Positions 1-7,870 of a stretch of DNA of 32,000 bases are shown here, one piece after another. The stretch's first letter is position 1. The number at the start of each line of letters is the position of its first letter. The position numbers and the translations under genes are program-made. Source of the DNA: Nanoarchaeota archaeon SCGC AAA011-G17 (lineage in GTDB: Archaea > Nanobdellota > Nanobdellia > SCGC-AAA011-G17); contig AQRL01000029.1 of assembly GCA_000402515.1 (NCBI GenBank), positions 1-32,000 of the forward strand. Direction: 5' to 3'. The notes beneath the pieces are model-generated. The model ran no database searches. It saw nothing but the letters and a program-made list of their open reading frames with translations, and was not told the DNA's origin.

Positions 1-13
1 TAGATATTTACAA

Positions 14-589
14 ATGAAACTCAACATCTATCTTTTCAGGCATGGTGAAAGTGTTTTTAATGAGCAGAAAAGATTTACCGGCTGGAAGGATTCTAAATTA
101 ACCAAGAAAGGGATAAGAAGTGCCCAAAGGATTGCTAAAAAACTAAAAGATAAAAAAATAGATGCTGCTTATCAGACAAGGCTTTCTAGAAGCAGGGATA
201 CACTAAAGGAGGTATTAAAATACCACCCTGAATGCAAGAAGATTATAACTGACAATAGAATGATTGAAAGAAGATATGGAAAGTTACAGGGAAAATATCA
301 TAAAACAGTAATAGAAAAATATGGGAAAGAACAATTTGACTTATGGCACAGGAGCTATAATACTGCTCCACCAAGTGGCGAGAGCATTAAGATGGTTGAA
401 AAGAGAGTAAACTTGTTTATCAGGGATTTATTAAGATTCATGAAAAAGAATAAGGTTAATGTTGCTATATCTGCACACGGCAATTCAATGAGGCCATTCA
501 GAAGGTATTTTGAAAGGCTTTCAATTGAAAAAATGATGAGATTAGAGAACCCGTATGATGATTATTTCTATTACAAAATTAATATTTAG
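14..589 (+). CDS. gpmA: phosphoglycerate mutase family histidine phosphatase (cofactor-dependent PGM-like)
   Basis: N-terminal LFRHGESVFNEQKRFTGWKDSKL catalytic motif, followed in order by ERRYGKLQG, APPSGES and SAHGNSMRP, as in dPGM-type enzymes. Confidence 0.75.
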   Translation: MKLNIYLFRHGESVFNEQKRFTGWKDSKLTKKGIRSAQRIAKKLKDKKIDAAYQTRLSRSRDTLKEVLKYHPECKKIITDNRMIERRYGKLQGKYHKTVIEKYGKEQFDLWHRSYNTAPPSGESIKMVEKRVNLFIRDLLRFMKKNKVNVAISAHGNSMRPFRRYFERLSIEKMMRLENPYDDYFYYKINI

Positions 590-613
590 TTACTAGAGAG
601 TGATAAAGGATAG

Positions 614-627
614 AAAGGTTTATAAAG
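614..627 (+). promoter_or_regulatory. candidate archaeal BRE/TATA promoter (aaaggtttataaag)
   Basis: Matches a recurrent AAAG[G/C]-T-rich-TAAA motif seen upstream of several genes in this window. It lies about 47 nt upstream of an ATG at 674 that has a GGGAG Shine-Dalgarno sequence. Confidence 0.3.
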
Positions 628-738
628 AAGAAAAATGGCTATATTTCTATAACATTCATAAAGGGAGATTAAAATGGTTTCAGAAAAAAACGATAAAAAG
701 AAGGAAAGTATGCTTATTTAGCACCTATTGCTTTTCCA

Positions 739-993
739 TTGTCTGTGGTCTTGGGAGTAACAATAGGATATCTTATTCATGAAAGGGATTGCAGACTTGA
801 AAAGGGCATAATCGGTCAAAACAGACCATATATGGCCCAAATAAGAGAATTAAATGAGGATACTATCCCAGATTTATTAGTTTACTCAAAAGGGGGTGAA
901 TCTATCTTAATTGGTCAAGGAAATGGAAAATTTTTGAGTATTGATGATGTACTCGAAGCTAAAAAAGATTCAATAAAATCTATCAGAAAATAA
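739..993 (+). CDS. small membrane protein, 5' end unresolved (possible frameshift with the ATG at 674)
   Basis: The ORF-track ORF starts at TTG 739 in the middle of a hydrophobic helix. The same frame stays open back to 697 and encodes the rest of the helix (YAYLAPIAFPLSVVLGVTIGYLI). The only SD-preceded ATG (674) is in the +1 frame and stops at 719-721. Confidence 0.35.
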   Translation: MSVVLGVTIGYLIHERDCRLEKGIIGQNRPYMAQIRELNEDTIPDLLVYSKGGESILIGQGNGKFLSIDDVLEAKKDSIKSIRK

Positions 994-1030
994 CTAAAAG
1001 AATTAACAAAATAGATGTGAGCAAGATAAA

Positions 1031-2197
1031 ATGGGAAAAATACTAACATTAATATTGGCTTTTTGTATTGTTTTAATTAGCTCTGCTTATGCTGAAGTAA
1101 CTACAAATGATTCACATACATGGGAAACAGAAGCAGGGAAATTTTTGGTCTGCTCTGGAAGCAACAGCTATGTTGAGTTTAATAATGGAAATAGCGCATG
1201 CAGCTTCAGATATGGAGATAATGTTATTGCAAGTGTGAGAAATAATGAATATAAAACACTAAGCGGATGTGGTCTGGCAAACAACGTTAATGCAAGGCTA
1301 TATTTATGCATTTATCCAGATCCTTTTGATGCACCTATTGTAACTGTTGATAAACCTTATGTTTGGGAAGAAAGTAATGGGAATTTTGCTTTTTGTGACG
1401 GAGCAAGCATAGTTAATTCTATTAATGGTACTACAAGCTGCACTACAAGATATAACAGAAGCAGCACTTGGAGCCGTTGTAATTCTTATAAACTAAGTCA
1501 AGAGATTGGATGCGGAACTGGACCATTAGCAGAAGCAAGAATGTGTGAATGTATTTTTCCTGATGGAGTGAGTGCACCTGAAACAGCAAGGTTTAGTGTA
1601 AACGATATAACAATACCGGCACCGGCACCAGAGACACCAGCACCTTCAAGTTCTTCAAGTTCAAGTTCAGGTGGCAGCTCAAGCAGGAATATAGCTGTAA
1701 ATGATTTATCAAAAAGGACAGAGCTTGAAGTTGATATTGTAAATGGTGTTGGGAGATATTTAGACTTGGGAAATAAGGGAACATTTGAGTTTAAAGAAGA
1801 GAAACATACTATTTATGTAAAGCAGATAAAAGAAGATAGTGCTGTTATAGTATTCGAAAGCAATCCTATTGAAGTAGAATTAAAAACAGGAGAGACAAAG
1901 CAGGTTGATATTAGTGCAGATGGAAAAAATGATTTGAATGTTAAATTAGTAAATATCTATAATGGCATGGCAGAAGTTTTAGTTAAAGAGATTACAATAG
2001 TAGAAAAGAAAGAAGTAATAAAAGAAGAGCAAAAAACAGAAGAGAAAAAGGGATTAGAGGAAGTAACTGGTGCTGCTGTAAGCAAGCCGGGTATAAGAAA
2101 TTATGCTATAGGCGCTACTTTGGTATTATTGGCAGGAATATTTGTTGTTTTAGTTATCAGGATAGTTAAAAAAGATAATAAAACTGATGAGCCATAA
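1031..2197 (+). CDS. secreted, C-terminally membrane-anchored surface protein with a duplicated Cys-rich module
   Basis: Signal peptide MGKILTLILAFCIVLISSAYA|EV. Two homologous Cys-rich modules of about 75 aa. Pro/Ser linker PAPAPETPAPSSSSSSSSGGSSS. C-terminal TM helix IGATLVLLAGIFVVLVIRIV followed by a basic tail. Confidence 0.8.
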   Translation: MGKILTLILAFCIVLISSAYAEVTTNDSHTWETEAGKFLVCSGSNSYVEFNNGNSACSFRYGDNVIASVRNNEYKTLSGCGLANNVNARLYLCIYPDPFDAPIVTVDKPYVWEESNGNFAFCDGASIVNSINGTTSCTTRYNRSSTWSRCNSYKLSQEIGCGTGPLAEARMCECIFPDGVSAPETARFSVNDITIPAPAPETPAPSSSSSSSSGGSSSRNIAVNDLSKRTELEVDIVNGVGRYLDLGNKGTFEFKEEKHTIYVKQIKEDSAVIVFESNPIEVELKTGETKQVDISADGKNDLNVKLVNIYNGMAEVLVKEITIVEKKEVIKEEQKTEEKKGLEEVTGAAVSKPGIRNYAIGATLVLLAGIFVVLVIRIVKKDNKTDEP

Positions 2198-2414
2198 ACA
2201 TTTTTCTAATAAAGAGTGTGAATTTTATCCTTGTAAAAATACTGATTTAAACTGCTTGTTTTGTTTCTGCCCTATTTATCATCACGATGATTGCGGAGGA
2301 GAGTATAGTTTTACTGCAGAAGGAATTAAGGACTGCTCTGAGTGCCTTCTCCCACATCAAAAAGACGGGTATGAGTATATAATGGATTTTATCAAGGCTA
2401 AAAGCAAAAAGTAA
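2187..2414 (+). CDS. cysteine-rich small domain protein (zf-like, PF04071-type as recalled)
   Basis: 75 aa with the pattern CEFYPC...NCLFCFCPIYHHDDCGG...CSEC. Overlaps the upstream gene by 11 nt. Confidence 0.55.
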   Translation: MSHKHFSNKECEFYPCKNTDLNCLFCFCPIYHHDDCGGEYSFTAEGIKDCSECLLPHQKDGYEYIMDFIKAKSKK

Positions 2415-2446
2415 TGTTTATATATTCACTTTAATTTATTAATTCT

Positions 2447-4066
2447 ATGGATATAAAAAAGATTATTTTTAAATTTGCTCTTCAGAATGCTGTGAAGTAT
2501 GAAAAAGCTGATTTTAAGGCTGTTGTCGGAAAGGTCTTTGCAGAAGTAAAAGATGTGAAAGACAAAAAGGCTTTATTTAAAGAGGTTAAAGAAATAATTG
2601 AAGAGGTAAACAGCATGAAAATGGGCGAGAGGATTTCTAAATTAATGGAGATTGATCCAACCTTAATCGAGGACAAGCCAAAAGAGGAAAAAAAAGAATT
2701 GCCAGAATTAGAAAATGTGAAAAAAGAGGCCATAATGAGATTTGCCCCGAATCCAAATGGCGCGATGAGCCTTGGACATTCAAGACAGGCAATATTAAAC
2801 TGGCTGTACTGCCAGAAATATAATGGAAAATATCTGCTTAGATTTGATGATACTGATCCTAAGGTAAAAATTCCTGAAAAGGATGCTTACAAATGGTTTG
2901 AAGATGATTTCAAATGGCTGGGAATCAAGCCATGGAAGACTGTAAAGCAGAGCTCCAGGCTTAATATTTATTACAAATATGCATGGGAATTATTTAAAAT
3001 GAAAAAGATGTATATCTGTAAATGCGAGCCTGAAAAAAAGAGCAAGTTATTGCAAAGGGGAGAAAAATGCGGATGCGAGGAAAACTATAACTGGGATGGA
3101 TTCTTTGACATGAAAGAGGGAGAGGCTGTTGCTAGAGTTAAAACTGATTTAAAAAATAAAAATCCTGCTGTCAGGGACTGGCCTGCATTCAGAATTGCTG
3201 AAAAAAGCAAGCACCCATTAGATAACAAAACAAGGGTATGGCCTTTATTGAATTTTGCTTCTGCAATAGATGACCATGAATTTGGGATTACACATATTAT
3301 AAGGGGGATTGATTTGAGTGTGAGTGATGACAGGCAGAAATATTTGTTTGATTATTTTAAGTGGAAATATCCTGAAACAATTTATACTGGAAAATTATAT
3401 GTCAAAGGGGTAAAGAGCACTTCTGAAACAAAAAAATTAATCAAAGAGGGGAAATTAGAGGGATGGGATGATATAAGAACAGGAACAATAATGTCTTTAA
3501 GAAAAAGAGGGTTTCAAGCAGAGGCAATTACTAATTTTATAAAAGACTTAGGGGTTAACAGGAATAATATAGATGTTGATATGGATAATCTTTATGCCTA
3601 TAACCGAAGGATAGTTGAAAAGTGCAACAGGTATTATTTTGTTGAAGAGCCAAAAAAAATTAAAATCAAGAATGCCCCAAAATTAACTGTTAAGGTTCAT
3701 TTACATCCTGATGATGAAAAGAGGGGATTCAGAGAATTCAAAACAGGGGATGAATTTTACGTGCAGGATAAATTAGAGAAAGGAAGAGTTTACAGATTTA
3801 TGCACTTATTTAATTTTATGGACGGAAAATTTCTCAGCAAGGAAATGGATGAAAAGCTTAATGCCAAATTAATCCACTGGCTTCCTGTCGGAAAAAATCT
3901 AGTTGATGTTGAGATTAAAATGGATGATAACAAAATAAAGAAAGGATTGGGAGAAGAAGGAATCAAAAAATTAAAGATTAATGAGGTAATCCAGTGTGAA
4001 AGAAACTTCTTCTGCTGTTTACAGGAAAAAAATAATAAATTTGTTTTTTGGTTTACTCACAGATGA
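2447..4066 (+). CDS. gltX: glutamyl-tRNA synthetase, archaeal type
   Basis: RFAPNPNGAMSLGHSR (HIGH-region variant) and LRFDDTDP. The VKSTSETKKLIKEGKLEGWDDIRTGT region is typical of archaeal GluRS, as is the N-terminal FALQNAVKY...AVVGKV helical extension. Confidence 0.93.
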   Translation: MDIKKIIFKFALQNAVKYEKADFKAVVGKVFAEVKDVKDKKALFKEVKEIIEEVNSMKMGERISKLMEIDPTLIEDKPKEEKKELPELENVKKEAIMRFAPNPNGAMSLGHSRQAILNWLYCQKYNGKYLLRFDDTDPKVKIPEKDAYKWFEDDFKWLGIKPWKTVKQSSRLNIYYKYAWELFKMKKMYICKCEPEKKSKLLQRGEKCGCEENYNWDGFFDMKEGEAVARVKTDLKNKNPAVRDWPAFRIAEKSKHPLDNKTRVWPLLNFASAIDDHEFGITHIIRGIDLSVSDDRQKYLFDYFKWKYPETIYTGKLYVKGVKSTSETKKLIKEGKLEGWDDIRTGTIMSLRKRGFQAEAITNFIKDLGVNRNNIDVDMDNLYAYNRRIVEKCNRYYFVEEPKKIKIKNAPKLTVKVHLHPDDEKRGFREFKTGDEFYVQDKLEKGRVYRFMHLFNFMDGKFLSKEMDEKLNAKLIHWLPVGKNLVDVEIKMDDNKIKKGLGEEGIKKLKINEVIQCERNFFCCLQEKNNKFVFWFTHR

Positions 4067-4752
4067 AATTAGCAGTTTTATTCTCTGGTGGGAAGGATTC
4101 TACATTTGCCATGTATAAGGCTATGAAAGAGAATGAAATTATCTGCCTGATTTCTGTTATATCTGAAAATGAGGATAGTTATATGTTTCATACCCCAAAT
4201 ATACATCTTTGCGAGATACAGGCAGAATGCATTGGCCTTCCATTAATAAAAAAGACAACCAAGGGAGAAAAGGAGAAAGAGTTAAAGGACTTAAAAGATG
4301 TAATAAAAGAAGCAATTAAAGAATTTAAAATCCAGGGGATTGTTACAGGGGCTCTTGCTTCAAAATATCAGGCAGAAAGAATACAAAAAATATGCGATGA
4401 GCTTGATTTGAAATGTGTTAATCCCCTATGGCAGATGAATCAGGAAGATGAGTTAAGAGAAATTATTAAAAATAAATTCAAATTTGTTATAATAAAAATT
4501 TCTGCTTACGGCTTTGATGAGTCATGGCTTGGAAGAATAATAACAAATAAAGATGTTGATAAATTGGTTGAGATTAATAAAAAAATAGGCATAAATCTTG
4601 CGTTTGAAGGCGGAGAAGCAGAGACATTAGTCATAGACGGACCAATATTCAAAAAGAAAATAAATATAATCAAAGCGGATAAAATAATGGAGAATGAGTT
4701 TACCGGGATTTACAAAATTAAAAAAACAAAGTTAGTAAATAAAAAATTATAG
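4063..4752 (+). CDS. dph6: diphthine-ammonia ligase-like ATP pyrophosphatase (Dph6 / MJ0570 family)
   Basis: MKLAVLFSGGKDST PP-loop at the N-terminus and an EGGEAETLV motif near the C-terminus. I prefer the ATG at 4063, which forms an ATGA overlap with the gltX stop, over the TTG at 4048 in the ORF track. Confidence 0.8.
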   Translation: MKLAVLFSGGKDSTFAMYKAMKENEIICLISVISENEDSYMFHTPNIHLCEIQAECIGLPLIKKTTKGEKEKELKDLKDVIKEAIKEFKIQGIVTGALASKYQAERIQKICDELDLKCVNPLWQMNQEDELREIIKNKFKFVIIKISAYGFDESWLGRIITNKDVDKLVEINKKIGINLAFEGGEAETLVIDGPIFKKKINIIKADKIMENEFTGIYKIKKTKLVNKKL

Positions 4753-4858
4753 AAAGGTTAATAAATAAGTAAAACACTATCTATATAATAAATAATAACA
4801 AATAAAAGAGGTTAAAATGGCAAAGAAGAAAAAGAAATAAATAAAAATAAAGTCTAGT

Positions 4859-4887
4859 TCTGTTTCTTTTTATTTTTAATTTTTTTT
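4859..4887 (+). terminator. T-rich tract, candidate archaeal oligo-T terminator
   Basis: ttctgtttctttttatttttaattttttt lies downstream of dph6 and before the next promoter-like motif. Confidence 0.3.
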
Positions 4888-4893
4888 AAAGGA

Positions 4894-4907
4894 AAGCTTT
4901 TTAAAGA
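4894..4907 (+). promoter_or_regulatory. candidate BRE/TATA promoter (aaagctttttaaag)
   Basis: The 13-mer aaagctttttaaa is identical to the one at 5942-5954 upstream of rpl7ae. Confidence 0.35.
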
Positions 4908-4953
4908 AATTTTAATGATGTTTTTGTTTACTTGGGGGATTGTTATATCAAAA

Positions 4954-5934
4954 ATGGCAAAAGAACTTGAGAGTATCCTCAAATCTATTGGTAATTTTGG
5001 TAAAGATTTTGATGTCTTCAGGTGTAGAGTTGGGGATACAGATTTTATGGAACTTATTGAAAGATTGGGGGTTATGTTATCTAGCCGAATGGAATTTGAA
5101 AACCAAAATTATTTGGATAGATTAAAAGAGATTGATGATGATAAATCAATGAATGATGAAAGGAAGAGATGTAACAAAGAACTTTCTGAAAGATTCTACA
5201 GAATAATCTCTTTAACAAGTAATATTAATTATCCTCCTACTTTGGGATATCAATTAGAGAAATTCTTAGAAGAGAATCATTCTAATGGAAAAAATCATAT
5301 GCTGGGTTTGCCATTTCAAATTGCTGATCCCCATGTTCATGTTTATCCTACAATGGTTGAATTATTAAAAAATAGTAAAGATCCTGTAACAATAGTGAGA
5401 TTCGATGCACATCACGATTGTCATGAAAAAAAGAAAAAAAAAGTTAGTAGTGGTAGTTATATGTCCCATATCTTATTCTCTTCAATAAGGAATAAGATAA
5501 ACAGGGTGATAACCGCTTCTGGAGAAAGAATATCTAGTGGACTCTTTGAGGATTTAAGAGATAGAGAGGAAGAAGAGAAATTTGGAAAAAATTGTAAGGT
5601 TTTGAGATTTAATGATATTGCTCATTATTTGATTAATATCTTAGATTTACCTGTAATTGAAGAACCTTCTATTTTGGATATTGATATAGATGGATGTGAA
5701 TATGCGTGGGGAGAAGCTAGATATGGTGGACATTGTCTTGCACGCCCCAGTCTAAGTTGTTTAGAATATGATAATCATGAAAATGTTATAGTGCATCCTG
5801 AAATAGCTGCAAGAATATTAAGAGATAGAGTTAAAAATCCTGAAATGATTTTTGTTGCTTTAGAGAGGGTTTATAGGAATAGACTGTTTTGGCTTAAAGA
5901 AGAATTTGATTTTCTAGAAACCCTTGGGAAATAA
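4954..5934 (+). CDS. divergent ureohydrolase (arginase/agmatinase)-fold-like protein with an N-terminal extension
   Basis: DPHVHVYP, then about 22 aa, then VRFDAHHDC (5401-5424), then about 90 aa, then SILDIDIDG (5674-5694). This mimics the GGDHS / DAHxD / SxDxDxxDP metal-ligand motif spacing of the arginase family. I moved the start to MAKELESIL (4954) because the ORF-track ATG at 4915 sits only 8 nt after the TATA-like motif. Confidence 0.55.
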   Translation: MAKELESILKSIGNFGKDFDVFRCRVGDTDFMELIERLGVMLSSRMEFENQNYLDRLKEIDDDKSMNDERKRCNKELSERFYRIISLTSNINYPPTLGYQLEKFLEENHSNGKNHMLGLPFQIADPHVHVYPTMVELLKNSKDPVTIVRFDAHHDCHEKKKKKVSSGSYMSHILFSSIRNKINRVITASGERISSGLFEDLRDREEEEKFGKNCKVLRFNDIAHYLINILDLPVIEEPSILDIDIDGCEYAWGEARYGGHCLARPSLSCLEYDNHENVIVHPEIAARILRDRVKNPEMIFVALERVYRNRLFWLKEEFDFLETLGK

Positions 5935-5941
5935 ATAATGA

Positions 5942-5954
5942 AAAGCTTTTTAAA
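5942..5954 (+). promoter_or_regulatory. candidate BRE/TATA promoter of the rpl7ae operon (aaagctttttaaa)
   Basis: Motif lies about 50 nt upstream of the rpl7ae ATG. A GGAGG Shine-Dalgarno sequence is at 5994-5998. Confidence 0.4.
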
Positions 5955-6004
5955 TGGTTATTTTATAAACTCTGATAAACCAATGATATGTATGGAGGTT
6001 TAAA

Positions 6005-6361
6005 ATGTCATTAAATGTTAAATTCGAAGTAACCAAAGATTTACAAGAAAAGGCTTTAGATGCAGTTGAAAAAGCAAGGGCTTCTGGAAAGATTAAAAAG
6101 GGAAGCAATGAGGCTACCAAGGCAATCGAAAGGGGAATTGCTAAGCTTGTTATTGTCGCTGAAGATGTCAATCCAATAGAGGTTGTCATGCACATACCAA
6201 TTCTTTGCGAGGAAAAAAAGATTGCATGCATCCCGATAAAATCAAAGACTGAAGTCGGGGCTGCTGCGGGGTTAAATGTTCCATGCTCAGCTATTGCAAT
6301 TATTGAAGCAGGAGAAGCTAAAGAACTAATTGACGATATTAATAAGAAAGTATTGAAGTAA
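6005..6361 (+). CDS. rpl7ae: 50S ribosomal protein L7Ae
   Basis: [35 protein letters not shown] is the canonical L7Ae/L30e RNA-binding core. Confidence 0.95.
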   Translation: MSLNVKFEVTKDLQEKALDAVEKARASGKIKKGSNEATKAIERGIAKLVIVAEDVNPIEVVMHIPILCEEKKIACIPIKSKTEVGAAAGLNVPCSAIAIIEAGEAKELIDDINKKVLK

Positions 6362-6362
6362 A

Positions 6363-6707
6363 ATGGTTAAAGATAAAGGCAAAGAAAGCAAAGAGAAAAG
6401 GAAAGAGAAGAGAAGAGAGGAATTAAAACAAAAAAAGACCGGCTATGTTGAGCAGGTTAAACCAGAGGCTGCAACAGGCAATATTAATTTTTCTCAGGCA
6501 GTCCCTGCAACTGTTGAAGAGTTGGTTGGAAGAACAGGGACAAGAGGGGAGATAATGCAGGTAAGATGCAAAGTTCTTGAAGGCAGAGATGCTGGAAAGA
6601 TTTTAAGAAGGAATGTCAAGGGACCTGTAAGGCTTGGTGATGTTTTAATGCTAAGAGAAACTGAGATTGAAGCAAGAAAATTACTTCAGAATAAGAGAGG
6701 CGGATAA
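6363..6707 (+). CDS. rps28e: 30S ribosomal protein S28e with a Lys/Glu/Arg-rich N-terminal extension of about 45 aa
   Basis: The C-terminal 70 aa ([59 protein letters not shown]) match S28e. The only ATG/GTG/TTG start upstream of that core is the ATG at 6363, 1 nt after the rpl7ae stop. Confidence 0.9.
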   Translation: MVKDKGKESKEKRKEKRREELKQKKTGYVEQVKPEAATGNINFSQAVPATVEELVGRTGTRGEIMQVRCKVLEGRDAGKILRRNVKGPVRLGDVLMLRETEIEARKLLQNKRGG

Positions 6708-6880
6708 TGGTAAGCTGTTCATTCTGCGGAAAAGTTATTCCCAAAGGAACGGGAAAGATGTTTGTCAAGAAAGACGGGAAAATCCTTTATTTTGACAGCT
6801 CTAAGTGCGAGAGAAATTTGTTAAAACTAAACAGAAAACCAAGAAATTTTAAATGGACAAAAAGCTACGAAAAGGGCTAG
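6707..6880 (+). CDS. rpl24e: 50S ribosomal protein L24e
   Basis: This 57-aa ORF is below the ORF-track cutoff. I translated it by hand as [57 protein letters not shown], which is the L24e signature. It has a TAATG overlap with rps28e. Confidence 0.9.
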   Translation: MVSCSFCGKVIPKGTGKMFVKKDGKILYFDSSKCERNLLKLNRKPRNFKWTKSYEKG

Positions 6881-7176
6881 TTCCAGCCATAAGTTTCTAA
6901 GAGTTCATCTGCCCATATCGGACTAACATATTTTGAGTCTCCATTGCTAGGATTGTATTTTCCGTTTAGACAAATATTTTTTAGCACTTCTTTTTGTTTT
7001 TTACTGAATCCTACATTATCCCATTCTCTTGTGTGAAAATCCTTTGGGAGACCCATCTTCCAAAGATAATACATACTTACCCTATTATCATCAAGGAAGG
7101 TATCTCTTGAGCTTATAGAATCTGTTAATGCAAATAAAGATATTAAAGAAGTTGCTAATAAGATTTTTTTGAACAT
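6877..7176 (-). CDS. small secreted hypothetical protein
   Basis: Signal-peptide-like N-terminus [20 protein letters not shown]. Lies 2 nt downstream of the beta-barrel-like gene. Its stop overlaps the rpl24e stop by 4 nt (convergent). Confidence 0.6.
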   Translation of the reverse strand: MFKKILLATSLISLFALTDSISSRDTFLDDNRVSMYYLWKMGLPKDFHTREWDNVGFSKKQKEVLKNICLNGKYNPSNGDSKYVSPIWADELLETYGWN

Positions 7177-7178
7177 TT

Positions 7179-7847
7179 TTAGAAATTAAGGTCAACACCA
7201 ACTCTTGCTGATAATGTCTTTACTGGTGATGCATTTCTTGAATTAAATTCAATCATTAGTGATCCATCTACTTCTGAGTTAACTGCTGTTAGTGGTATCC
7301 TTGCACCTGCTCCATAAAACATTCCAAATCCATGGTCTTTATATGTATCCTCAGAATATTTTTCTTTGAAAAATGACCTTTCCTGTTCTCTTAGTTTGTC
7401 AAAAACCGAATAACTACCATAACCCATTCTTGTAAAAAGAGATTCTCCTATATTCAGTTCTAAATATGGCTCTAAACCCACAATTGTCAGTGTTTGTGTT
7501 TCTGATTTTTGTGAGAAAAAACTTCTTTCTTTTTCAAGATCTCCCGAACCTGTTAAAAATGTTAATCTCCCACCAACATGCAATGGTCCTTTAACTCTAA
7601 CTCCACCACCAACTGAACCACCAAAGGCATTTCCATAAACCTCTGTCAAATAATTATCTCCTGTAAACTGAGCTATTTCTCCAGCAGCTTCAAAATAACC
7701 TTTTGGTTTAACATTAATTTTAAAATACTCTATTGGTTTATCATTATCCTTAGCTAATGCCGGACTTGTTAATCCTAGCCCAACTAACAAAGACAATGCT
7801 TTTACTAATCCTTTTCCTTTTGTTTTTTGGTATAGTTTTTGTAACAT
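7179..7847 (-). CDS. secreted protein resembling a bacterial 8-stranded outer-membrane beta-barrel
   Basis: Signal peptide with an AxA site (LTSPALA|KD). About eight amphipathic alternating-pattern strands, for example LHVGGRLTFLTG, TLTIVGLEPYLELNIG, GFGMFYGAGARIPL and GSLMIEFNS. C-terminal TLSARVGVDLNF ends in Phe like an OMP beta-signal. Confidence 0.65.
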   Translation of the reverse strand: MLQKLYQKTKGKGLVKALSLLVGLGLTSPALAKDNDKPIEYFKINVKPKGYFEAAGEIAQFTGDNYLTEVYGNAFGGSVGGGVRVKGPLHVGGRLTFLTGSGDLEKERSFFSQKSETQTLTIVGLEPYLELNIGESLFTRMGYGSYSVFDKLREQERSFFKEKYSEDTYKDHGFGMFYGAGARIPLTAVNSEVDGSLMIEFNSRNASPVKTLSARVGVDLNF

Positions 7848-7870
7848 TTTATTTTGTTAATTCCTCTTAC

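Noticed and set aside
600-782. 60-aa track ORF downstream of gpmA.
   Set aside because: It has a non-ATG start, spans the promoter-like motif at 614-627, and has a low-complexity translation. The competing reading (ATG 674 plus the 697-993 frame) explains the region better.
2080-2197. Possible PGF-CTERM/archaeosortase sorting signal at the C-terminus of the surface protein.
   Set aside because: The motif reads PGI....TM-KKDNK rather than PGF followed immediately by the TM helix. It is better described as a plain C-terminal membrane anchor.
4817-4840. Seven-codon ORF MAKKKKK with a GAGGT Shine-Dalgarno sequence, followed by a T-rich terminator.
   Set aside because: It is too short and compositionally trivial in A-rich DNA to support as a gene. 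It could be a leader peptide, but nothing in the sequence argues for that.
5950-6231. 93-aa minus-strand ORF opposite rpl7ae.
   Set aside because: It is antisense to an unambiguous L7Ae gene and covers that gene's promoter and leader.
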